A DNA stretch of 64,000 bases from Candidatus Obscuribacteraceae bacterium. Its GTDB lineage: Bacteria > Cyanobacteriota > Vampirovibrionia > Obscuribacterales > Obscuribacteraceae. A program made the position numbers and the translations under genes. The DNA is taken from assembly GCA_044229845.1 (NCBI GenBank), contig JBGASG010000006.1, positions 268,102 to 332,101 on the forward strand, read 5' to 3'. Positions 37,863 through 47,283 of the stretch are shown one piece after another (positions within the stretch are counted from its first letter, which is position 1; each line of letters starts with the position of its first letter). Below the pieces are notes generated by a model. That model did no database searches and was not told the DNA's origin. It was given only the letters and a program-made list of their open reading frames with translations.

Positions 37863-39107
37863 TTATCTCGTTGCCTTTCGTTGCACAGCCTTCTGCTTAT
37901 CACTCAGATAGGGCAACAGATCGTCTCCCGCTATCACCGTAATAGCGCTCTGAATATCGCCAACAGAGGCGTTAACAATGTTGCCGCAGTTGTGGAGGTC
38001 TTTTTTCACCATCACGGCTTCCTCAGTATTTCCACGCTGAGCGATTATGCGCGTTTCAGAAAGTGGTGCGCCTTGCACTTCAACTTTGGACTTATATGTG
38101 ACCACGTTGTAGCCAAGATCTGACATCATGCGATAGAGCTTGCGAGCTGCATCGGGACTGGAGCTGCCGTTCTCGACAACCATCTTCACATCGCAGCGAT
38201 CACCACAGCCGGTGTCGGCGCCTGTGAAGCGCCGCACGATCTGCTGAGTTTCATCCTCATCCACTTCCCAGTTGCCGGTGCCGGAAAAACGTCCCGGCAG
38301 CATGATCATTTGCTGATTTGCTTTCGGCACTGAGCGCGCGAATGCCAGCGTGTTCGCCATTAACGTCGGCGGCATATCAGTTTGAATATGTTTGTCGGCG
38401 AGCACCAGAAGCTTCGGTAGTTTCGCCCAGGACTCAGGCTCCAGCGCCTTTTTCGTTAGTGCGTGAATGAATATTTCCTGGCGTTGCACGCGCCCGATGT
38501 CGCCCAGTTCATCGTGGCGAAAGCGCACGAAGCCCATCGCTTCCGTGCCATTGAGTTTGTGAACGCCCGGTTGCAAGTCGATGTTTAGTTTTGCGGAGCG
38601 ATCACGATATTTCATGCGCTTGGGAATATCGACTTCCAACCCGCCCAACTCGTCCACCAGCTCCACCAGCCCATGTACGTTAATTACGACATAGTGATCG
38701 ATCGGCACGCCAAGCAGGTTGGTGACAGTCTGTTCAGCCAGCTTCGGGCCGCCAAGCGCGTTGGCGCCATTGATCTTTTGCGTCCCCTGCCCGGGGATCT
38801 CGACCATGGTGTCGCGCGGAATAGAAAGCACCGAATACGAGTTTCGATACGGATCAAACCGTGCCACCATCATCGTGTCGGACCGCCCGCTGAAGGCGCT
38901 TAAATCTGCTTTCAGCCCCCGGCGTCCGCCGGTGTACACAACGTCGGTTCCCATCACCAGCACGGTCATCGGCTGAGCCAAGCCACCAAATCGCAAAGCC
39001 GGCGGCAATAGCTGCGGCTTCATCATGACCGTGATCAGATACCCCGCAAGCACCCCGAGCAGTGCGGCGAGCACGAAAATAACCAGCCAGTTGGAAGTGG
39101 ATCTCAA
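37863..39107 (-). CDS. LCP (LytR-CpsA-Psr) family protein with a LytR_C domain
   Basis: LVMGTD, GRSDTMM, LSIPRDT, KINGA, FVRFRHD..GDIGRVQRQ; VVENGS C-terminal domain. Confidence 0.92.
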   Translation of the reverse strand: MRSTSNWLVIFVLAALLGVLAGYLITVMMKPQLLPPALRFGGLAQPMTVLVMGTDVVYTGGRRGLKADLSAFSGRSDTMMVARFDPYRNSYSVLSIPRDTMVEIPGQGTQKINGANALGGPKLAEQTVTNLLGVPIDHYVVINVHGLVELVDELGGLEVDIPKRMKYRDRSAKLNIDLQPGVHKLNGTEAMGFVRFRHDELGDIGRVQRQEIFIHALTKKALEPESWAKLPKLLVLADKHIQTDMPPTLMANTLAFARSVPKANQQMIMLPGRFSGTGNWEVDEDETQQIVRRFTGADTGCGDRCDVKMVVENGSSSPDAARKLYRMMSDLGYNVVTYKSKVEVQGAPLSETRIIAQRGNTEEAVMVKKDLHNCGNIVNASVGDIQSAITVIAGDDLLPYLSDKQKAVQRKATR

Positions 39108-39191
39108 TTTCGGATTACTAAGCCCAGCAATACGTTATTATACGTCCAATGCCAAATCGAGGCTTGAGCCGGGTAAAGACAGGGGGTTGGC

Positions 39192-40250
39192 GTGAGTAAG
39201 ACGCGTTTGCTCACCATCAATTTCGGCGGACTGGGCGATGAAGTGCTGTTCCTTCCCACTCTGAAAAGCATCCGCGAAGCCCATCCTGACTGGCACATCA
39301 CACTGTTGCTCGAACCGCGTTCCAAAAGCGTCTGTCAGATTACCGATCTGGTCGACGATTGCATCACGTTCGACATCAAGAAAAAACCGCTTTTGCCGAC
39401 GGATATGTTGCAATTGCTCTCCCTGATCCGCAAGGGAAAGTTCGATGTCGTGGTTTCTTCCGGCAGTTCGCCGATGGTGTCGGCTCTATTGTTTCTTTCC
39501 GGTATCAAACAGCGCATAGGCTACAACTCGAATGGACTGGCGCCGCTTTTGCTCACCGCTCCGGTGCCCCTCAACCGCGACCAGTACGCCGGTGTCATGT
39601 ATCACGACCTGGTGCGCGGGCTGGGCATCAAGGCCGACCCGCAACTGCCGCAGGTTACCGTCAATCAGGAAGCGCTGTCCAGGATGTCCTCGGAACTAAG
39701 CACCGCCACTACCGGTGGTGCAACGAACAGCACGCAACAACGCGTGGTGATCCATCCGGGAACCAGCCAGCTGGCCCTGCGCAAGGGCATCATCAAAACC
39801 TGGCCGGCAGCCAATTGGGCTCAGCTGATTGTCGATTTGCTGGCACAAAATAACATCGATGTGTTGCTGGCTGGCGGTCCGGACGATGAAGACACAATCA
39901 AAGAAATTCAGCAGACGCTAGGCGCGACTGCCTCTCATCCGCATTTCCGCCTGATGTACGGCAAGACCAAAAACCTGCAAGAGCTGGTGGCGCTGTTGAA
40001 GCTGGCAGATCTGGTCGTCTGTGTCGACTCGGCTCCCATGCACATCGCAGTGGCGCTAAACAAACCGACGGTGGCTATGTTCGCGCCCACGGATCCGGCC
40101 AAACTGATTCCGGGCCGTCCGCCTTTTGTAGCTCTCACCAATCCCGCTACTGAACGGCAGCCTGCTGATTTGCCTGCGCCTGAGCCTGGCGTTCGGATTC
40201 CGCCAGATACTGTGTTCCAGATTGCGCTGGATCAATTGAAGCAATCGTAA
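39192..40250 (+). CDS. Glycosyltransferase family 9 (ADP-heptose:LPS heptosyltransferase-like)
   Basis: GGLGDEVL, IHPG, KTWP, VDSAPMHIAVAL..PTVAMF. Confidence 0.88.
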   Translation: MSKTRLLTINFGGLGDEVLFLPTLKSIREAHPDWHITLLLEPRSKSVCQITDLVDDCITFDIKKKPLLPTDMLQLLSLIRKGKFDVVVSSGSSPMVSALLFLSGIKQRIGYNSNGLAPLLLTAPVPLNRDQYAGVMYHDLVRGLGIKADPQLPQVTVNQEALSRMSSELSTATTGGATNSTQQRVVIHPGTSQLALRKGIIKTWPAANWAQLIVDLLAQNNIDVLLAGGPDDEDTIKEIQQTLGATASHPHFRLMYGKTKNLQELVALLKLADLVVCVDSAPMHIAVALNKPTVAMFAPTDPAKLIPGRPPFVALTNPATERQPADLPAPEPGVRIPPDTVFQIALDQLKQS

Positions 40251-41283
40251 GTCCGAGGAAACTCTCGGGAATGCCGTCAGTGGTCAGGATTTCACCGTTC
40301 TCGCCGACGGCGCTCAAGAGCGCTTCGACCATTTCAGGATCGAACTGCCGTCCGGCGAATTTGCGTAACTCGTTGGTGGCACGCTCATAACCAATTGATT
40401 TGCGATAAGGTCGGTCGCTGGTCATGGCATCATACGCGTCGGCAACCAGCACGATCCGAGAGCCCACCGGTATTTCATCGCCCTTCAATTTGTCGGGATA
40501 GCCGGAGCCATCGAGGTGTTCGTGGTGATGTCTCACCCACAGACGCACCCGGGCCAGTATTTCAATCTCCCCGATAATTTGCGCGCTGCGCACCGGGTGA
40601 ATGGCCATGACCTGCTGCTCTTCCGGCGTCAGCCGCTCAGGCTTCCAGAGAATCGATTCGGGCACGGCAATTTTGCCGATATCATGCAGCAGTCCGGAAA
40701 GCTCGACGTCACGCAACTCTTCGTTGCTCATGCCCAGCATGCGCGCGGTAGCCACCGCATAACGGCTGACGCGTAAGCTGTGTCCGCTTGTGTAATCGCA
40801 TTTAGCGTCGAGCGCATCGGCAAGCGCCTTGATGGTACCGATGGAAATGTCTTCCAGCTGCACCAGTGCTCCTTGCAACTGCACAACCAGCTTTTCGTTG
40901 TTGCGGCGCAGGTCGAAAGACTCGAGAGCCCTTTTGACTGTCAGCTTGAGGTCTTCGGCATCCCAGGGCTTTTGAATGTATTTGTAAATGCAGCCTGAGT
41001 TTATGGCGTCGATGAGCGCCTGGATGTCGGTGTAGCCGGTGAGCAAAATCTTGATGGCGTTCGGGCGCAGCGAAAGCGAGGCTTCCAGGACCTGCACGCC
41101 GCTCATGCCGGGCATGCGCTGGTCGGTGATGATCAAAGAAACGTCCTGCGCTTTCAGGATTTCCAGCGCTTCGGTGCCGCTCTGCGCCACAAAAGTCTCA
41201 TAGCTCTCGCCGAGAACCCGATTGAGCAGGCGGAGATTGGCTGGTTCGTCATCAACAACCAATATCTTGTGGCGCGGTTCCAT
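40147..41283 (-). CDS. Response regulator with an HD-GYP phosphodiesterase domain (RpfG-like)
   Basis: REC domain (VVDDE, TDQRMP, KP); YTSGHS, HDIGK, HHHEHLDGSGYP, ADAYDAMTSDRPYRK. Confidence 0.93.
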   Translation of the reverse strand: MEPRHKILVVDDEPANLRLLNRVLGESYETFVAQSGTEALEILKAQDVSLIITDQRMPGMSGVQVLEASLSLRPNAIKILLTGYTDIQALIDAINSGCIYKYIQKPWDAEDLKLTVKRALESFDLRRNNEKLVVQLQGALVQLEDISIGTIKALADALDAKCDYTSGHSLRVSRYAVATARMLGMSNEELRDVELSGLLHDIGKIAVPESILWKPERLTPEEQQVMAIHPVRSAQIIGEIEILARVRLWVRHHHEHLDGSGYPDKLKGDEIPVGSRIVLVADAYDAMTSDRPYRKSIGYERATNELRKFAGRQFDPEMVEALLSAVGENGEILTTDGIPESFLGLTIASIDPAQSGTQYLAESERQAQAQANQQAAVQ

Positions 41284-41285
41284 CC

Positions 41286-43391
41286 CTACTCCCCGACTAC
41301 GGCCTTTTCCATTTCTTCGTCCGCCTCGACTGGTTCAGCTCTCAACGGAATTCGTACTTTGAAAGTCGTGCCCCCGGTATCCGGGGTTTCGAACCATATG
41401 CGCCCACCGTGCCGTTCGATAATCGAGTGGCAGATGGAGAGCCCCAGTCCCGTACCCTGTCCAATGGGCTTCGTGGTGTAAAAGGGTTCGAAGATTTTAC
41501 TCTGATCCTGTGCCTTTATGCCAGGCCCATTGTCAGAAATGGAGACAATCACCCAGTCGCCGTCCATCTCCGTGGTTATCGACACAGTGGGCGCCTCCAG
41601 CTTCGCGACCGCCTGCGCCGCGTTAGACAACAAATTCATCCAGACCTGATTGAGTTTGCCGGGGTAGCAGGTTATCAGCGGGATGTCGGCAAACTGTGTC
41701 CGCACCGGAATTTTGTCGCGCCCGTAGTACTGGTTGAGGATTTTGAGGGTCGACTCCAGTCCTTCCTGCAGGGAAGCCTCTTTCAGCTCGGCCTCGTCCA
41801 GTCGGCTGAAACTGCGCAAATTGCGGATTATCCCGCGAATACGCTCGGCGCCCTCTTCCAGGTCAGCGATGATGTTGTCGAGGTCTTTGACCAGGAAGTC
41901 GTACTTGACGCTCAATTTAAGAGCATCAATGTCTTTGCGAGTCTCCGGCGGCAGGTCGTCGGTGGTTGCGATCACTCGTTTGAGATCTTCGAAGTATTCC
42001 CTCAAGTACGGCAAATTTCCATGCACGAAATTGACCGGGTTGTTGAGTTCATGCGCGATACCGGCAACCATCCGACCCAGGGAAGCCATTTTTTCCTGGT
42101 GAATCAATTGCGATTGCATGGTGCGCATTTCAAAGTTTGCCGAATCGAGGTTTTGATTCTTCTGCAGCAAGTCACGATTTTTGCGCGACAACAGGTCGAC
42201 GAGATTGGCGTGCTCGATGGCGATCGCCACCTGTCCAGCGACAGATTTGATCAACTCCAGTTCAGAGGCCGACCACTCCCTTTGCGCTTCGCACTCACCG
42301 ATGATCAAGACGCCTTTCGACTCGGCGCTGTACATAATCGGTTGCACGACAAGGGAGTGAAACGCCAGTTTCTCCATGTCTTCTTTGATGTCCTGGAAAA
42401 ACGGATCGCCGGCCGGCTCCGCAAAAACGAAAGTCTTCTTGAGCTGTCCATCATTCTCTTCTTCATAACTGGCTTTGCGCGAAAGAATGAATTCGCAAAA
42501 TCGCGGCGTAAAAAAAGTCTGCTGGTGCCCGTGATGATCCTGTCCGGAATGCAAGGCATCCCAGATCAAAGGTGGCTCGCACGGTACGTTGGCCGGAGTC
42601 AAAATCGCACATCGCGAGACATTCAGAGCTGAACTGATTTGCGACACGGTGGTGCGCAAAATCTGATCGAGCTCCAGAGTCGAACGAATGGCTGAGCTGA
42701 TCGCATTGAACAATTGCTCGCGCGAAGCTTGAGCTTTAGTTTCGCTGACCAGGCGATTATTGGCGTCCAGCTGCCCGCGCAACCGCGTTGCTCGTTGCTG
42801 CGCCACTTTCGACATGTGCTCGCAAAATGTCGCCCAGACAAAAGCCATGACGGCAAGAATTACACTGTGGGCCATCACCTTCACCCACAATCGCCGCACA
42901 TACGCGCCAGCCAGCCCGTCTGCCTGACTGGGGTCGAACAGGTATTTCATGAAGGTGGCATTTTCAAACAGCAAAACTGCGATGTAGCAGCTGGCGGCCA
43001 GAAACGCAACGTAGTGAATACCGCGTCGCGCGAAAATATGGCTGGCCAGCAAAATCGGCAACAGGTAAAGGAAGTAAAAGTCGGAGTCGACGCCGCCCGA
43101 ATAATGCACGAGAGCCGACAGTCCGGCGATATCCAGTGCGAGCAAAATCGAATTGAATGCCTGGTATTGCCAGAGCGTCCGCAACTTGCCGCTGCGCAGC
43201 AGCAGCAAACCGACCAGCGAGTAGATAACAACCAGAGCACCGACCGCGAAGAATGCCACCGCATTCAGTTCTACCTGGGCCAGCATCCAGACGAACACAC
43301 CGACAGTGAGACTGATCAGCGCGAAGGCCAGGCGAAAGTACACCAGGTGTTGCGACTTTAGTGGCAGATCGCTGTCGATTTCGCGTTCCAT
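41286..43391 (-). CDS. Membrane sensor histidine kinase with a GAF domain
   Basis: About six N-terminal TM helices; GAF; EKMASLG..AGIAHELNNP; NQVWMNLLSNA; DNGPG; FEPFYTTK; GTGLGL. Confidence 0.93.
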   Translation of the reverse strand: MEREIDSDLPLKSQHLVYFRLAFALISLTVGVFVWMLAQVELNAVAFFAVGALVVIYSLVGLLLLRSGKLRTLWQYQAFNSILLALDIAGLSALVHYSGGVDSDFYFLYLLPILLASHIFARRGIHYVAFLAASCYIAVLLFENATFMKYLFDPSQADGLAGAYVRRLWVKVMAHSVILAVMAFVWATFCEHMSKVAQQRATRLRGQLDANNRLVSETKAQASREQLFNAISSAIRSTLELDQILRTTVSQISSALNVSRCAILTPANVPCEPPLIWDALHSGQDHHGHQQTFFTPRFCEFILSRKASYEEENDGQLKKTFVFAEPAGDPFFQDIKEDMEKLAFHSLVVQPIMYSAESKGVLIIGECEAQREWSASELELIKSVAGQVAIAIEHANLVDLLSRKNRDLLQKNQNLDSANFEMRTMQSQLIHQEKMASLGRMVAGIAHELNNPVNFVHGNLPYLREYFEDLKRVIATTDDLPPETRKDIDALKLSVKYDFLVKDLDNIIADLEEGAERIRGIIRNLRSFSRLDEAELKEASLQEGLESTLKILNQYYGRDKIPVRTQFADIPLITCYPGKLNQVWMNLLSNAAQAVAKLEAPTVSITTEMDGDWVIVSISDNGPGIKAQDQSKIFEPFYTTKPIGQGTGLGLSICHSIIERHGGRIWFETPDTGGTTFKVRIPLRAEPVEADEEMEKAVVGE

Positions 43392-43421
43392 ACAGAAGTC
43401 ACCAGGCGACGAAAAACGAGA

Positions 43422-45275
43422 TTACATGTACTCCGAGGCGCGTTTGAAAACTTCCGCCGCTTCCTGAAACCGACCGAGTATCTTCAAAGTCGCGCCCCAG
43501 GCCTCGTAGGTGTCACCGTCATACGGATCGAGCTCGCTCGCTTTTTCGAATTTCTCGATGGCTAGTTCATGCAAACCCAGCAGCCCGAGCGTTTTTCCCC
43601 ATCCGTAGAAAAGACTGACATCACCATCGTATAACATTGATGCGGCTCTGAAGCACTCATCCGCCTCCAGCAACTGTCCCTGGCTGAGATTGATCTGCCC
43701 GAGAAGCACATGGCCAGACCAGTTTTCCGGGTGCTGTTCCACCAGGCGCCGGCACATATCGGCGGCATCCGCATGTTTACCCTGCGCCCGCGTGGCCTTG
43801 GCCAGCGACAACAGGGCGTCTTCGTCCGAAGGCAAGAGCTGGAGCAGTCTTTGCGACTTACTCAGAACCAGCTCGAACTGCGACTGCTTCAAAAGCTGCT
43901 CTATGACTTCCTTCTCGGGGCGCAAGCAGCGCGGATCTTTGGACACGGCCAGGCGATATTCTTGCTGGGCATCGTTGGTTCTGCCCGCTGCTTCCAGGCT
44001 CTTAGCCAGGTGCATGTGAGCAATGGCATATTCCGGATTGACTACAAGGCAACGCTGATAGGCATCGACAGCTTCTACATGCCGATCTTGCAAGGCCATA
44101 GCGGAACCGAGAGCGTCCAGGGCCAGGATGTCTTGCGGATTGTCGTTGACGGCCTTCTCAAAATGCCGCTCCGCCACCTCCAGTCGACCCAACGCCAGGT
44201 GGCAGTAGCCCAGCCAGAGATCCAGTCCTTTAGTGCGCAGCGCTTCGTCCTTGCTGGCTACCGCCAGCTTGTCGATACTTTCTTTGTAGCGAGCCATGAC
44301 AAAGTAAGCGATGCCCAGCTGCATGTTCACTTCCATGTGCTCCGGCTCGACCTGCAGTGCCTTCTCCAGCGTGTCGGCGGCCTGCTCGAATTCTTCCAGG
44401 GCTATATTCACCAGCCCCAGATTGATCCTGGCTTCAATCAAAGCCGGGTCGACGTCAATCGACAGGCGCAATTTCTCGGCACTGTCGTCCAGTTGCCCCT
44501 GCCGGAAAAGATTGACGCCCCAGTCGTTGTAGATCAGCGACCGCTCGCGAGCCTCGAGAAATTTCGGCCCGAGGTTGATGGCTTCCTGATAGTGCTTGTT
44601 TGCTTCCTCGGGGCGCCCGCTGTTGACCAGGGCTGCCGCCCAATTGCGTTGAACGATGGCAAGCTGGTTATCCAGAGACCAAGCTTTGGAGAAACAGGCA
44701 ATTGCCTTATCCAGATGCCCGAGGGAAACCAGCGCCACACCTAATCCGTTGAAAGCCTCAGCCAGCTGGGGATCTTTTTCGCAGGCTTCAGTGAAAAGCT
44801 CAACGGCCTCACCATATTGGCCCATCTGATACGAAGCAATACCGGCTTGATAGGAAGCGGCAACCAGGCGGGGATTGAGCTTCAGCGCTTGCTTGAACTG
44901 GCCAAGAGCGCCTCGGAAGGACCCCATCTGGGAAAGAGCCAGCCCCCAGTGCAGATGACCGGGAGGAAAGTTCTGGCGCTGTTCGCAGGCTTCGCGAAAC
45001 GCCCCCATCGCTTCCGCCGGCCGCCCCAGTTTCATCAGCGTCAGCCCCAGGTAATAGTGAGCATCAGCGTGATCGGCTTTGACCTGAATGCAGTTGCGCA
45101 GGTTCTTTTCGGCTTCGGAAAATTTACCGGAGTTGTAGCAGAGCGATCCCAGCTGGAAATGCACGTCCGGGTCTTCCGGCTGCTGCTGGGCAAAGCGTTG
45201 CAGCACAGAGTGAGCCTCATCCCAGCGCCCCTGGGAAACGAGGTCGTTAACTAACTGCATGACCTTGGCTGCCAA
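43422..45275 (-). CDS. Tetratricopeptide-repeat protein
   Basis: Continuous 34-aa TPR units along the whole length. Confidence 0.9.
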   Translation of the reverse strand: MAAKVMQLVNDLVSQGRWDEAHSVLQRFAQQQPEDPDVHFQLGSLCYNSGKFSEAEKNLRNCIQVKADHADAHYYLGLTLMKLGRPAEAMGAFREACEQRQNFPPGHLHWGLALSQMGSFRGALGQFKQALKLNPRLVAASYQAGIASYQMGQYGEAVELFTEACEKDPQLAEAFNGLGVALVSLGHLDKAIACFSKAWSLDNQLAIVQRNWAAALVNSGRPEEANKHYQEAINLGPKFLEARERSLIYNDWGVNLFRQGQLDDSAEKLRLSIDVDPALIEARINLGLVNIALEEFEQAADTLEKALQVEPEHMEVNMQLGIAYFVMARYKESIDKLAVASKDEALRTKGLDLWLGYCHLALGRLEVAERHFEKAVNDNPQDILALDALGSAMALQDRHVEAVDAYQRCLVVNPEYAIAHMHLAKSLEAAGRTNDAQQEYRLAVSKDPRCLRPEKEVIEQLLKQSQFELVLSKSQRLLQLLPSDEDALLSLAKATRAQGKHADAADMCRRLVEQHPENWSGHVLLGQINLSQGQLLEADECFRAASMLYDGDVSLFYGWGKTLGLLGLHELAIEKFEKASELDPYDGDTYEAWGATLKILGRFQEAAEVFKRASEYM

Positions 45276-45325
45276 TAACTAAAACCGCGGCTTAGTTTTG
45301 AAAGTATAGCCTCTGTTTAGGGACT

Positions 45326-46450
45326 CTAACCGCCCATCCCGTGGATGTAAAAGAAGAGTCCATAGGTGCAGGCGCAAATCAGCAGTTGCAGGAGCCAGAA
45401 GCAAGCCACCACCTGCCACTCCGCAATGCCCTTATCCTCGGCTATCGCTTCGAAATGGTGGTGCAGAGGGGCCATGCGAAAGAGACGTTTTCCCTCACCT
45501 GGCAATCGTTTCGTCAATTTGAGCCAGATCAGCGCCGGCCGGCTCATGGGTGTCTCCGGCTGGTATTGCTTGGTCAATTTGAAATAGCTGACCTGAGCCA
45601 TGACCGAGACCGCCTCCAGCACATATATGAGGGAGAGGGGAATAAACCAGAGCGTCAATCCGCTGGTTGCCACCATCGCCGCCATCATGCCGCCCAGAAA
45701 CAAGCTGCCGGTATCGCCCATGAAGACTTTGGCAGGAAACTTGTTATAGACAAGAAACGCCGCCAGCCCGCCGGCAACCGAGAATGCCACCACCGAAAGT
45801 GGTTGCGCCACAGGCACCGAGGCAGCCGGCAGTAAAGCCAGCATGGCTCCTATGGTGATGAAAGTCAAAAGCCCGGTTCCTCCTGCCAGCCCGTCCATGC
45901 CGTCGTGCAGATTCATGGCGTTGGTGGTGGCAGCTACTAGAAACGGCACCACACAAAACACGTAAGCCAGGCGGGTGATATCCGACATGCCGGAAAGAGT
46001 GAACGGTTGACCAGCGGGGTTGAGCACCAGCTGGTCGATGGCATTGCCGCCCATGAGCAAAAGCGCGCCTGCCAGCAAGAAGCCGAGCCCAAACTCAGAC
46101 ATCAAGCGAACTTTGGCCGAAATGCCGGCATTAGATCTGCTGTTGATTTTGGCGAAGTCGTCGATGAAGCCGACCAATCCGCAGAGCGCCGCGGTTGCCA
46201 CCACGGCCAGTGCCGGGCCGGCAGCCGGCAGCTTAAGCACCAGGATTAAAGTAGCGGAGACGGCGGTGCTCAATAAGAGGAAGCACAGCCCGCCCATTGT
46301 CGGCGTCTTGGCCTTGGCAGCGTGACTCTGCGGTCCTTCCTCGCGGATGAACTGCTGGATTTGCCGCTTTTTGAGCCAGCCAATGTAGAAAGGAAAAACC
46401 ACAACGCAGACGGCGAATGAAAGTCCCGCCGCAAGAAGCATGTGATTCAT
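45326..46450 (-). CDS. mraY: Phospho-N-acetylmuramoyl-pentapeptide transferase
   Basis: GPQSH..K..TPTMGG, GFIDD, NLHDGMDGL, FMGDTGS, FRMAPLHHHFE. Confidence 0.95.
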   Translation of the reverse strand: MNHMLLAAGLSFAVCVVVFPFYIGWLKKRQIQQFIREEGPQSHAAKAKTPTMGGLCFLLLSTAVSATLILVLKLPAAGPALAVVATAALCGLVGFIDDFAKINSRSNAGISAKVRLMSEFGLGFLLAGALLLMGGNAIDQLVLNPAGQPFTLSGMSDITRLAYVFCVVPFLVAATTNAMNLHDGMDGLAGGTGLLTFITIGAMLALLPAASVPVAQPLSVVAFSVAGGLAAFLVYNKFPAKVFMGDTGSLFLGGMMAAMVATSGLTLWFIPLSLIYVLEAVSVMAQVSYFKLTKQYQPETPMSRPALIWLKLTKRLPGEGKRLFRMAPLHHHFEAIAEDKGIAEWQVVACFWLLQLLICACTYGLFFYIHGMGG

Positions 46451-46467
46451 CGAAATAAAGGTCTGCC

Positions 46468-46986
46468 CTAATCGAGATAGAAGTTAGTCACTATCTTACG
46501 ATGTTCTTTGGCGTATTCAACAGATTCCAGCAACGTGTTGCTGGTGTGGTAGAGGAAGCAGATGATCTGCTGGCAGCGATCGATGATTTCGTGGTTGCAC
46601 ATTTTACTGGCATCAGCGAGGGTCATCGTGCGGCGCTCGGGATATTCGACGATGTTCTTGACGCCAATCAGGAGATCTTGCACTTCACTGGGTTGCTGCC
46701 CGATCGTCTGCGGCAGAATTATCTCCAGACGATCCGGATTGGCGCGTTGTGCACCGCGGATCGCCGCCATGTTGGTACCGTTGGCACCACCGCTGGTGAC
46801 CACCTGGTTGCCGGAAAGCACCAGCGCATAACTGAGCATTTCGACCAGCTGCTGGTGGGTAAGCGGCAGGTTGCGCGTACCGATTATTGCCACGCGGCGC
46901 GGTCCTGACTGCTGAATTAAGAGCAGTTCCTGCGCCAGGGCATCTACAGTTGGGACTGTGGCTGCGCCACGTTCTGCTGGGCTCAT
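46468..46986 (-). CDS. DprA/SLOG-like Rossmann protein of the cyanobacterial 'recombination-mediator protein A' type
   Basis: VAIIGTR, TSGGANGTN.AAIRGA, CNHEII...QIICF, terminal FYLD. Confidence 0.7.
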   Translation of the reverse strand: MSPAERGAATVPTVDALAQELLLIQQSGPRRVAIIGTRNLPLTHQQLVEMLSYALVLSGNQVVTSGGANGTNMAAIRGAQRANPDRLEIILPQTIGQQPSEVQDLLIGVKNIVEYPERRTMTLADASKMCNHEIIDRCQQIICFLYHTSNTLLESVEYAKEHRKIVTNFYLD

Positions 46987-47283
46987 CGAGTCACCGTTTG
47001 TCCGGGGTTAATACAAGACCGCTTGCTTTCGTCAGCGGACTTCACTTGCAGGCCATTGGCAAGAAGTTAAAGGGTCTACTAAGAATACAGGGGAAGACCT
47101 TTGCTATCATTCTGCCGTTCTCACCGCCTCTACAGTAAACGCATACAACACCGTTAGGAAGCCTTCAGCTTGGCTGTTTACAAGTCGTAAAAAATACGCC
47201 GAGCAAGTCGAGTTTTGTATGCGTTTGACTGCTGTGCGGTAGTTCGGTTGAAAGTGGTATCATCGCTTGGAAACTATACTTAC

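Noticed and set aside
40147..40250. 104-bp convergent overlap between the GT9 gene and the HD-GYP regulator
   Set aside because: Both overlapping tails lie outside the catalytic cores, and tail-to-tail overlaps recur in this compact region.
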